Shown in pieces: positions 41,085 to 48,622 of a DNA stretch of 61,042 bases (positions are counted from its first letter, which is position 1; each line of letters starts with the position of its first letter). Source of the DNA: a virus (lineage: Duplodnaviria; Caudoviricetes); the IMG/VR virus record IMGVR_UViG_3300042377_000298, positions 1-61,042 of that record; one strand, 5' to 3'. A program made the position numbers and the translations under genes. Under the pieces are notes generated by a model. It ran no database searches. It was not told where the DNA came from and saw nothing but the letters and a program-made list of their open reading frames with translations.

Positions 41085-42289
41085 TAAATAGATTGTTGGT
41101 GTTGAATTATGATGTATTGATTGTGGACTAGTCTGGCAATATGATTACACAAATACTGTTCGTATCTGCGATCTTCATCTACGTATCCATCAATGTGAGC
41201 AAACTCTTCAATTAACGTAGAAGTAAGATAGTCTTCTCCACTGGCAAAAGCTGATTCTGTCAAATTAACTTCACCATTCATTACAAAAGCAATTAACTTA
41301 GAATCAATACATCTTACTTTTTTGATTTTGTCGCAAGTGTTTATACCTGCTGATTTGATTTTGGCAACTGCATTTGCAATCATTATTTTTTCGTGAATAG
41401 ATGGTTCTAAAACTTCAAATTGATATTTTTTACTTTTCAAAAGCATGGAAGCAACTTCCTTGTTCATTTTATGAGGGTTCTCATTAAACAGATTAGTAGC
41501 TGTTTCCTTAAAGACATCGCACCAATCATGAATTTCCGGGAAACTGCATTCTCGTTCTTTGCCTTCTGCTGTAAGAAACTTAGTTATTAAGCTAACATTT
41601 GTTGACTTTGCAATTGCTCTGCCAATATCCCACATTACGCTCCATTGGCTCTTTAATGTCCTATCCTCTGTAAGCTGAGTTTTTGTTTTTAGATTGTAGC
41701 CATATGTGAATTCTTCTGCTACTCCAACAAAGATCCCACGATAAAACCATTTAGCTGAGTGCTTATCTGACAACATCTCAAACTCTGGGCAATCTTCTTC
41801 TATCTTATAGCTTTCTTCATTGAGGATGTATTCTCCAATATTGGCCATACAAGCGGCGATCTCTTCGCTTTCGATTATAACTACACTTGATCCTCTATCT
41901 GCGCTTACAGGGGCATCTGAGACGATTGTGCTACCATTCTCGTCAACAGTGTTTGAATACAACTCTCTCATTACTGTCCAGTCGTCCCAATGCTTGCCTA
42001 AATCAGTAGTGTATGGCATTTGTTTGTCATTGCACATAACTAAAGATTTTTCCTCACCCCTGAAATCTATCTTTTTTGAAGTAAATTTATAGGTTTCAAT
42101 TAATCCATTGTTATTGTTTACAATAGTGATTGGCCAATTACGTGAGACGCAAATTGCAATGGCATATTTAAGCCCAGTTCCGTAATAACCTATGGGAGAG
42201 TCTGAGTTTGGTTTCGCCGTCATCGCCATAATTTCCCAACTTAATGGATTTATGACTGTTGGTGTGATAAAGTTAATGAAATTTTTCAT
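41084..42289 (-). CDS. GHKL-like ATPase with C-terminal zincin-like motif
   Basis: IGYYGTGLK and RELYSN..DE motifs, plus LIEEFAH...DE. Confidence 0.6.
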   Translation of the reverse strand: MKNFINFITPTVINPLSWEIMAMTAKPNSDSPIGYYGTGLKYAIAICVSRNWPITIVNNNNGLIETYKFTSKKIDFRGEEKSLVMCNDKQMPYTTDLGKHWDDWTVMRELYSNTVDENGSTIVSDAPVSADRGSSVVIIESEEIAACMANIGEYILNEESYKIEEDCPEFEMLSDKHSAKWFYRGIFVGVAEEFTYGYNLKTKTQLTEDRTLKSQWSVMWDIGRAIAKSTNVSLITKFLTAEGKERECSFPEIHDWCDVFKETATNLFNENPHKMNKEVASMLLKSKKYQFEVLEPSIHEKIMIANAVAKIKSAGINTCDKIKKVRCIDSKLIAFVMNGEVNLTESAFASGEDYLTSTLIEEFAHIDGYVDEDRRYEQYLCNHIARLVHNQYIIIQHQQSI

Positions 42290-42315
42290 AATACAAAATA
42301 ATCAAAAGGAACTAT

Positions 42316-42723
42316 TTAACAAATAGCGTGTCTATAAGAGCGATTAATCATGGCGACTGGCGCCCAAACTTCAGTTATGTGGAGTTTTAATTGATTTCCG
42401 TTCATGTGGTAACAAGTAGAATTTTCTTCATATGCTATTTCTGCAATAACTTCTAAGCCATCATCAGAAATTGACGTTATTCGGCACGGAGCCATATAGC
42501 AATATAGGTTCTTTCCGTCAGTAATAGAATGAACAATTGGTTTACCAACTTCGCAATATCCATCAATTGATTCATAGTCAACTAATGGACCGTTCCACTC
42601 TGGCCAACAGATCTTTAGGATTTTGCGATGCTTTTTAACTTCTTCTTTATCTTCATGAATAATCTTTTGAGCAGTTGCCACAGCTTCTTCTTTGATGAAG
42701 AAGTCAAACATTGGGGTGTCCAT
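42316..42723 (-). CDS. Hypothetical protein
   Basis: Packed ORF in the operon. Confidence 0.55.
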   Translation of the reverse strand: MDTPMFDFFIKEEAVATAQKIIHEDKEEVKKHRKILKICWPEWNGPLVDYESIDGYCEVGKPIVHSITDGKNLYCYMAPCRITSISDDGLEVIAEIAYEENSTCYHMNGNQLKLHITEVWAPVAMINRSYRHAIC

Positions 42724-42726
42724 AAG

Positions 42727-42966
42727 TTAAACTAGATCAAGGATTGATCTCCCTGACATCATCATCATTAAAATATAAGGATGTGGTTCCTTATCTGGTG
42801 TGCCAAACATATATCCCAATAAGAAACTAAACTCTACAGTAGCTGCTTGTTTTGTTCTCTCGCCGCTTTTAGTTTTTTCTACTACTCCCGCTTGAGAAAA
42901 GACTTTTCTCAATCTTTCTTTTAAGGGTGCAAATTGATCTTCTTTTGTAATTGGTTCTTCAGTCAT
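42727..42966 (-). CDS. Hypothetical protein
   Basis: Packed ORF in the operon. Confidence 0.55.
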   Translation of the reverse strand: MTEEPITKEDQFAPLKERLRKVFSQAGVVEKTKSGERTKQAATVEFSFLLGYMFGTPDKEPHPYILMMMMSGRSILDLV

Positions 42967-42971
42967 ATTTA

Positions 42972-43328
42972 TTATTTTACTTCTAATGTTTGTTGTTGGA
43001 TTTTACCCACTTTAAGCATCCAAGGATCAGGATTTTGAAGCAACGGCCTGAGCCAGTCTTGAACAGTTGGAATATAACCGCAGTCTTCTGTTACATGCTG
43101 CTCTGATAAAAGCTTCACTGGTATTTTTTTGCCATGACTATTTGTAATGTAATGACCAAATACTAAGATTGACTGTTCAACTCCTTGTGCGTGATGACGT
43201 AAGGCTCTATGAGTCCAGTTACCAGTCAGTTGCTTTGTCTCATCAAACCATTGATGTAGGTCAATGTAGTCTTCTGGAGTGCCGCCCCACTTAATGCAGC
43301 TGCTTTCAGCGTGTTTGTAAGGAGTCAT
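42972..43328 (-). CDS. DUF6915-like protein
   Basis: PYKHAESS..KWGG.PEDY..LH.WFD...HRALRHH...EQHV.EDCG.IPT..DWL. Confidence 0.75.
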   Translation of the reverse strand: MTPYKHAESSCIKWGGTPEDYIDLHQWFDETKQLTGNWTHRALRHHAQGVEQSILVFGHYITNSHGKKIPVKLLSEQHVTEDCGYIPTVQDWLRPLLQNPDPWMLKVGKIQQQTLEVK

Positions 43329-43639
43329 AATACATCTAGTTTTACAGAGCCTTGATAAGTATCAGTTCTTTCCATAGTCCATTCCATATGGCTCACGGTA
43401 TTATTAACAAGATCATATTCAATATTATCTCCATAATCAGTTCCGTCTCCAGCGCCATTATATGGATAATGATCATCTGCCCATTCATATAACTCATCTC
43501 GCAGTTCTGGGCTGTAAGGATATGTCTGAATTTCTAAATTCCCGCAATCGCTTCCACCTGATAATTCAACAACAAATTGTTTAATTTCTGCTGCAAGTAG
43601 TTTTTGATGTAGTAGTTTTGGTAATGGTTGTATAGTCAT
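43325..43639 (-). CDS. DUF6878-like protein
   Basis: SGGSDCG motif, acidic, coupled to the DUF6915-like gene. Confidence 0.6.
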   Translation of the reverse strand: MTIQPLPKLLHQKLLAAEIKQFVVELSGGSDCGNLEIQTYPYSPELRDELYEWADDHYPYNGAGDGTDYGDNIEYDLVNNTVSHMEWTMERTDTYQGSVKLDVL

Positions 43640-43803
43640 TTTGTTTTTGGTCTATAGTTGTATGGGTATTCCCCGTAAAAAGCTTTATAATTTTCAATAA
43701 CTTCCATGTTTGTATGAGTGCATGACCCATCTTTCCACATGAGGGTTACCTTTTCTTGGTTTTTAGGTCTAGGTTTTTCTTTAGTTATTGCATTGCTACT
43801 CAT
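43636..43803 (-). CDS. Small hypothetical protein (55 aa, not in ORF track)
   Basis: MSSNAITKEK...RPKTK. ATGA coupling to the downstream gene. Confidence 0.45.
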   Translation of the reverse strand: MSSNAITKEKPRPKNQEKVTLMWKDGSCTHTNMEVIENYKAFYGEYPYNYRPKTK

Positions 43804-43820
43804 GTTTAATTTAGTTGGCT

Positions 43821-44495
43821 AAAAAAGGTGGCCGATGCGCGCGGCATTATGACTTTTCATCTTACAGTGTGTCGCTAGTATTACGTTTAGCTGTCCAGAG
43901 GTGAGAATTATTAGAGTTTCATCCGATCGACCTTTTATGTTCCTGCTTACCGTATGCAGGGCTAGCTTGACGCTACTAGCGGGTCCATCAGGAATCCTCT
44001 TTATCAGTGAGTTCCTAATGCCTAAGGCAGCGTCTTTCCGCTGTGTCTTTGTGGTGATGTGCTACTACGCTAAAGAGAAGATCGACCTTACCATTTACGG
44101 GGTGTCTCACTACTTAACCAAGGGAGCCAAACGAAACTCGTTTTCAGGAAAGCTATCCCATTGCTTTAGTGATTAGCGAAATCACCTTGCATTGATAAAT
44201 GGTTCTCACGGTAATCAAAGCCGAATTACATTTACCCTCTGAACTTTCACATGATTGATGCTCCTCTCACATGCTACAACGTCACGATTTGCTCTTGTCC
44301 CACTCATTATAGGATGGCTGCTTCTAAGCCAACCTTTCACCACACTCGCACCCACTGTTCAGGTCGCTCAACATCCACCCAAGCTTGCTGTTGGACGTAT
44401 ATCCTAAGTAGAGACTTACAGGTATTGTTTACTCAGTTGCCCTCAATGCAATAAGCGCGAGTGTAGTGACATGCTAAACGGCATGTCAGCGTTTA
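43821..44495 (-). ncRNA. Large structured ncRNA candidate containing a split 23S rRNA H42-H44 (uL11 site) mimic
   Basis: No credible ORF, many helices. AGGUUGGCUUAGAAGCAGCCAUCCU at 44335-44311 and GCGUAGUAGC at 44070-44061, closed by GUGGUGA/UCACCAC. U-tract at the 3' end. Confidence 0.8.
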
Positions 44496-44497
44496 TC

Positions 44498-44544
44498 GAA
44501 CATGTTGATGCAATCAACCTTGCGGTGATTGATCTTTTCTATTC
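44498..44544. repeat. attC-like hairpin site 1
   Basis: GAACA-N4-GAT-g-CAATCA-a-CC TTGC GG-TGATTG-ATC-N5-TATTC. Confidence 0.7.
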
Positions 44545-44674
44545 GGAATATTAATTAATTACACAATCATCTAAAGCAAAGCTAATTTCAATTTATTTAG
44601 TTTTAATTTTTATATTTTTATTTGCTTTTTTGATTTTAGCCAACTAAAGTTTGCTTGTGGACAGAACTGCCATA

Positions 44675-44941
44675 ATGAAGAAACTTGGATTGCAAGGTTT
44701 TAACAAGCCAAAGCGAACTCCATCACACCCAAAGAAATCTCATGTAGTCATGAGTAAAGAGGGCGACAAGACTAAGCTGATTCGTTTTGGTGAACAAGGT
44801 GCTAGTGTGGCAGGAAAGCCTAAAGCTGGCGAGTCTGAGCGAATGAAGGCAAAGCGCAAGTCGTTTAAGGCTAGACATGCACGTAACATTGCAAAAGGAA
44901 AGATGTCAGCGGCGTGGTGGGCCTCAAAAGTCAAATGGTAG
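44675..44941 (+). CDS. Small basic conserved phage protein
   Basis: 'NKPKRTP.HPKKSHVV...KLIRFG.QG...RKSFKARH...SAAWW..KW'. Confidence 0.75.
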   Translation: MKKLGLQGFNKPKRTPSHPKKSHVVMSKEGDKTKLIRFGEQGASVAGKPKAGESERMKAKRKSFKARHARNIAKGKMSAAWWASKVKW

Positions 44942-44952
44942 TATAATTTCTT

Positions 44953-45072
44953 ATGATGAATAAAAAAATGGCCGGATACGGCAAACCGATGGTAGCAGCT
45001 AAATCAGCTGTTAAAAAAGTGGCTAAGAAAATGGCTCCAGCAGCTAATAAACTTGCCAAGAAGATGAAATAA
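44953..45072 (+). CDS. Lys/Ala-rich micro-protein (39 aa, not in ORF track)
   Basis: MMNKKMAGYGKPMVAAKSAVKKVAKKMAPAANKLAKKMK, followed by a terminator. Confidence 0.55.
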   Translation: MMNKKMAGYGKPMVAAKSAVKKVAKKMAPAANKLAKKMK

Positions 45073-45078
45073 TAACCT

Positions 45079-45115
45079 AGCGTAGCCTCGTAACTGGGGC
45101 TGCGCTTTTCTTTTT
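45079..45115 (+). terminator. Rho-independent terminator
   Basis: AGCGTAGCCTC GTAACT GGGGCTGCGCT followed by TTTCTTTTT. Confidence 0.7.
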
Positions 45116-45209
45116 ATGAAAAACACTAAAAGCACAGTTCAATTTGTTAAGCAACCAAAATCAATAGCTAAAAAAACATCAACATATCGACAGTAAGTTT
45201 ACAAAAAAC

Positions 45210-45584
45210 TTAAACTAATGATATGGCTTTTCCTTTTTTGTCTTTATTGGATTGGCTTCTATGCGATTCTGTGTCTATTGGAATGAAACACAACAAATCT
45301 CCTAATTTATTAATACCAGCATTGGATAACTTGTGGCGATATGACTTTTTGTTTCTATCGTTTCTTGTTTCTTCTGAGATAAGCGCCCACTGTGAGCGTT
45401 TTAGCTGCCCTGCTGCTGTCTCTCCTGACATTCCAAGGACTTTTGACACTTCTGTAGACGTAACCCACTGATCTGTCTCTCCAACCAGTTCTGCGATAGC
45501 CATTAGCATGAAAGCTTCTTGGTAATTAATAGCGTTTTTGTTTATGTTTCTTGCAAAACAGTTTAATGCTTGTATTTTGTTCAT
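45210..45584 (-). CDS. Winged-HTH (MarR-like) regulator, paralogue A
   Basis: MNKI.A...F.RN, helix-turn-helix, wing ending 'Y..KLSNAG'. Confidence 0.6.
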   Translation of the reverse strand: MNKIQALNCFARNINKNAINYQEAFMLMAIAELVGETDQWVTSTEVSKVLGMSGETAAGQLKRSQWALISEETRNDRNKKSYRHKLSNAGINKLGDLLCFIPIDTESHRSQSNKDKKGKAISLV

Positions 45585-45595
45585 TTTTTTGTTGG

Positions 45596-45955
45596 TTAAT
45601 ATTGTTTTTTATATGTTGCTATGTCCATTAGCTCTTGAATGCCAATTATTTTGAAATCTAACAAGTTATTTACTGTTTCAATGCCTTTTGCGTTAAGCCA
45701 ATAATACGACTTGTGGACTTTGCCTGTTTTTCTACGCTTGAATTCGAGCCAGAACTTTAGCCGACTAATCGTTGATCTCATTTCCATGCTGGTCATTAAG
45801 TTAACCTCAGCTTGAGTAGCTTCAGGAACTAGCCCAATTGCTGCTTTATTAGCGCATATACCAGCAACTGCCACAATAATGCAGGCTTCTTTGACCGTTA
45901 AGCCATAAGCCATGCTGTTTCGAGTGAATGATGTTATAGCGTCTATTTTGTTCAT
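45596..45955 (-). CDS. Winged-HTH (MarR-like) regulator, paralogue B
   Basis: MNKIDA..SFTRN...KSYYWLNAKG, similar to paralogue A. Confidence 0.6.
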   Translation of the reverse strand: MNKIDAITSFTRNSMAYGLTVKEACIIVAVAGICANKAAIGLVPEATQAEVNLMTSMEMRSTISRLKFWLEFKRRKTGKVHKSYYWLNAKGIETVNNLLDFKIIGIQELMDIATYKKQY

Positions 45956-46257
45956 GATATTTCTTGATCAATTGGTGCTTGTCTTGCGTATAAAGTATCA
46001 CCATCTACCAAAACTGAATAATTACCAACATCTTTACTATCAGGCAACAATGGCAACTCAATAGTTACAACTCTTGCGCAATACAGTGAGGTGTTTGCTA
46101 TTTTAATAACTTCTTCATTAGCTTTTTCTGGCAATCCTGTTCTCCATGGATAACCAGTGTTGCTCATGTGCATTGTCCATATTGTTGATCCTCTTGGTCT
46201 GACGAAGATAAGGTGTATTTTTCTTAGTTGCATAAGTTTGGTGTGACTAGGTTCCAT
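45952..46257 (-). CDS. Hypothetical protein
   Basis: Coupled ORF. Confidence 0.5.
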   Translation of the reverse strand: MEPSHTKLMQLRKIHLIFVRPRGSTIWTMHMSNTGYPWRTGLPEKANEEVIKIANTSLYCARVVTIELPLLPDSKDVGNYSVLVDGDTLYARQAPIDQEIS

Positions 46258-46445
46258 ATTTCTTTTCTAAGTCTTCTTGATTTTGCTTCTGACTCTTCTA
46301 GCATTTCAGTGAATTTGATTAATGCGTTTGCTAATTTGCAATAATTGCTTGCTAATTCGCCAGCTTCTTCAGCATTTAGCAAAATGTCTTCAAAGCCATT
46401 ATTAATTTGTTTGTAAATGTTAATGATAATATCTTCACGATTCAT
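46224..46445 (-). CDS. Hypothetical protein
   Basis: Coupled ORF. Confidence 0.5.
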   Translation of the reverse strand: MNREDIIINIYKQINNGFEDILLNAEEAGELASNYCKLANALIKFTEMLEESEAKSRRLRKEIWNLVTPNLCN

Positions 46446-46720
46446 AATTTATTCTTTCTTATACTGTGTTTTAACTCAATTAATTCATCTTCAAGTTGTT
46501 TGATTCTCTTGGTTTGGCTTGCAATTATTTCTTTAGCAAATTCGTCAGCAAAAAGCCTTTTGTTTTTTGGAATTGATTCGTTTAAGCGATCATATTTAGA
46601 CGCAATAGCATTAAGCTCGCGTTCTAATTCTCTGCATAAATCAAGAGTTATTGGCGCACTGCTCCAAGAATCTTGCCATGATTTGAAATAAGCATCTGTC
46701 CTAGGTGTGTCTTCAATCAT
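46442..46720 (-). CDS. TPRTD/LEREL coiled-coil protein
   Basis: DTPRTD...RELERELN. Confidence 0.65.
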   Translation of the reverse strand: MIEDTPRTDAYFKSWQDSWSSAPITLDLCRELERELNAIASKYDRLNESIPKNKRLFADEFAKEIIASQTKRIKQLEDELIELKHSIRKNKL

Positions 46721-47036
46721 TTTTCTTCAGTTTGCAAGAAATAATTAATAGCTTTCCGTCTACTGATTTCACGTCTAGCCCATACATTTTCAGCACTACC
46801 TCCAGCGCGTCCCGTTGTTCTTTAAGCCTGATAAGGTTAGACCTGCACTCGGTCGCGTCATGGCCATCGAGTAACTCAGCTAGGCAGTTGTAGTCCTTTT
46901 GTGTTTCCATCAGCTCCTCTGTCGCATCGGCAAGCTCGAGTTCTAGATTTTTGCTTAAGCGTTTAGCGCATTGCAAATGCTCTAAATAACCGCTAAAGTG
47001 CTGCCATACGGAATCTGTTCTTGGTGTCTCGTTCAT
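46713..47036 (-). CDS. TPRTD/LEREL coiled-coil protein
   Basis: ETPRTD...NLELELA. Confidence 0.65.
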   Translation of the reverse strand: MNETPRTDSVWQHFSGYLEHLQCAKRLSKNLELELADATEELMETQKDYNCLAELLDGHDATECRSNLIRLKEQRDALEVVLKMYGLDVKSVDGKLLIISCKLKKND

Positions 47037-47053
47037 TTTGTTTCGTTTGTTGG

Positions 47054-47326
47054 TTATTCAGAACATTCCGCATCAGGCAACTCTGGGCGTGCCTGTGCTT
47101 GGCTGTTCGGCTGAATAAATTCGTGCGGGAACTCCTCGCTGAATCCGTAGTGTTCCCTGAACTCTTCCCCCGTCATCGGATCGTTTTTTGCAGCCACCAA
47201 TCCGTCTGTGGCATCAACCGTTTTCAGGACATATCTGCGTTCCATCTTATTGCGGTCGATAGTGACCACAAAAGGCCACGGTGGTGCGCAACCTTCGGGC
47301 GCGTCGGAGTTGGTTTGTGTTTTCAT
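47054..47326 (-). CDS. Hypothetical protein (cassette-like)
   Basis: GC-richer ORF reading through hairpin site 2. Confidence 0.55.
   Translation of the reverse strand: MKTQTNSDAPEGCAPPWPFVVTIDRNKMERRYVLKTVDATDGLVAAKNDPMTGEEFREHYGFSEEFPHEFIQPNSQAQARPELPDAECSE
47061..47108. repeat. attC-like hairpin site 2
   Basis: GAACA-N4-GCA-t-CAGGCA-a-C TCTGGGC G-TGCCTG-TGC-N5-TGTTC. Confidence 0.7.
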
Positions 47327-47392
47327 AGCAAAAAAGAACGCCACGAGACCTGTTGCGCGGGGGCAAGGAAGGTTTCTCGTGGCTAGGTAAGT

Positions 47393-47420
47393 ATTTTAAC
47401 ATGGAAAATCAGCATTGCAA
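47393..47420 (-). promoter_or_regulatory. Sigma70-like promoter
   Basis: TTGCAA-N16-TAAAAT with extended -10 TG, followed by a GCCACGAGA...TCTCGTGGC leader hairpin. Confidence 0.45.
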
Positions 47421-47453
47421 GCCTAACAATTTGCGCATTCCTCGCATACGTCA

Positions 47454-47639
47454 TCATTTTGTTCTGCTAATGTTTTCCAAGATAAAAAAAGCTAGCTTAT
47501 CTCTACCGTAAAAGCAATTATCGCAAAAACAGTTACTTCTTGGCAATGGCTTTTCTGATTCTTCCAAATAAAAAAGTGCGTTATTTGGATTTCTTTCATC
47601 ATACACGCAAAGATATGTTAGTATTTCTTCGATGTTCAT
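47454..47639 (-). CDS. Hypothetical protein
   Basis: LC.YD.RNP...CFCDNCFYGR motif. Confidence 0.6.
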   Translation of the reverse strand: MNIEEILTYLCVYDERNPNNALFYLEESEKPLPRSNCFCDNCFYGRDKLAFFILENISRTK

Positions 47640-47791
47640 GCTTCATCCTCCTGTTCGCGTTCTCCCATGAAATCGTGCATCTGCTCGATCTTGTCCATTT
47701 TCATCTGCCATTCCCACTCGTCGTTCTCGCGGTTGAGTCGATCTGTTAGGTTTAGCATTGACACGGCATAATTTGCTTCTGGTTCGTTCAT
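47636..47791 (-). CDS. Small hypothetical protein (51 aa, not in ORF track)
   Basis: MNEPEANY...EDEA, ATGA-coupled. AACAACTATG start context. Confidence 0.5.
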   Translation of the reverse strand: MNEPEANYAVSMLNLTDRLNRENDEWEWQMKMDKIEQMHDFMGEREQEDEA

Positions 47792-47811
47792 AGTTGTTTT
47801 AGTTAAAGTTA

Positions 47812-47858
47812 GAACATGTCGATGCGCTCAACCTTTCGGTGAGCGATCTTTGCTGGTC
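47812..47858. repeat. attC-like hairpin site 3
   Basis: GAACA-N4-GAT-g-CGCTCA-a-CC TTTC GG-TGAGCG-ATC-N5-TGGTC. Confidence 0.7.
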
Positions 47859-48085
47859 GCGTGGAAAGATTCTAGCGCGTCACGGATCAGTTCCGCTTTG
47901 CGTTTGCATGAGGTCAGGCAGATTCGATCTTGCCCCCGATGGTCGCCCACTTCCCATTCGTGCCACTTTTGCAGCGGGGCTAGATTTTTCAGCAGGTAGC
48001 CGGGCTGAGCGATGAAGAAACGCGAACAATGCACGGCATGAGCGGATTTCTTCTTCGTGGTTTTCGTGGCTTTTTTCGCGCTCAT
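47828..48085 (-). CDS. Hypothetical protein (cassette-like)
   Basis: GC-richer ORF. Start lies inside degenerate site 4 and stop inside site 3. Confidence 0.55.
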   Translation of the reverse strand: MSAKKATKTTKKKSAHAVHCSRFFIAQPGYLLKNLAPLQKWHEWEVGDHRGQDRICLTSCKRKAELIRDALESFHATSKDRSPKG

Positions 48086-48101
48086 GTCTGTGCTGTGTCG
48101 A

Positions 48102-48374
48102 TCATAAACAATCCTCCTCTGCAATCTCATCCATTGTTGGTAATTTGCCTTTTTTATCGCCAAACTCTGAAGCATACGCTTTTTCATTTTCCGTTTGAGG
48201 TAGTTCGCCGCAAAATTCGCATCGTTTTTCTTTGAATGATTTCGCAATCTCGGAAAGCTCGCGCTCTAGTTGCTTGGCGTGGTCTTCTAGCTCTATAATG
48301 TAATCGAGAGCATTTCTTTTGCGTTCTTGAGTCGGCTTTATAGCGTCCGTTCTCGGTGTCGGTGTGTCGTTCAT
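48102..48374 (-). CDS. TPRTD/LEREL coiled-coil protein with CxxC
   Basis: TPTPRTDA...AKQLERELS, CEFCG. Confidence 0.65.
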   Translation of the reverse strand: MNDTPTPRTDAIKPTQERKRNALDYIIELEDHAKQLERELSEIAKSFKEKRCEFCGELPQTENEKAYASEFGDKKGKLPTMDEIAEEDCL

Positions 48375-48622
48375 AGTTCGTTCGGGGTTGTTATTTCCCA
48401 AGGCAGCAGCGTTTCATCAGCTTTTTCTAGGGTGTCGCATGATAGGTCGCGGTATTTCTCGGCTAGGCGACGCGCTTCGTCCCGCTGCTCGGTGACGGCG
48501 GTAAGCTCGCGTTCTAGGAATTGCCTTTTATCATCAAGTTCTATCCACGCTTTACGCAGTCCTCTTGATTCAGATCTTTCGGCATTTATCGCACCGTGGT
48601 CTGGGTCGTTACATTCATTCAT
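48371..48622 (-). CDS. LEREL coiled-coil protein
   Basis: FLERELTAVTEQRDEAR. Confidence 0.6.
   Translation of the reverse strand: MNECNDPDHGAINAERSESRGLRKAWIELDDKRQFLERELTAVTEQRDEARRLAEKYRDLSCDTLEKADETLLPWEITTPNEL

Noticed and set aside
44051-44343. Genuine 23S rRNA gene or host contamination
   Set aside because: Similarity is limited to about 45 nt in two blocks split by about 230 nt of non-rRNA sequence. The flanks are phage genes.
43901-44454. ORFs 43901-44176 and 44251-44454 (+)
   Set aside because: Atypical composition, antisense to the operon, and overlapping the structured RNA. Likely spurious.
47424-47464. Complete fifth attC-like site
   Set aside because: The outer boxes and spacers fit (TAACA...TGTTC) but the inner arms do not pair. 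At most a hybrid or decayed site.
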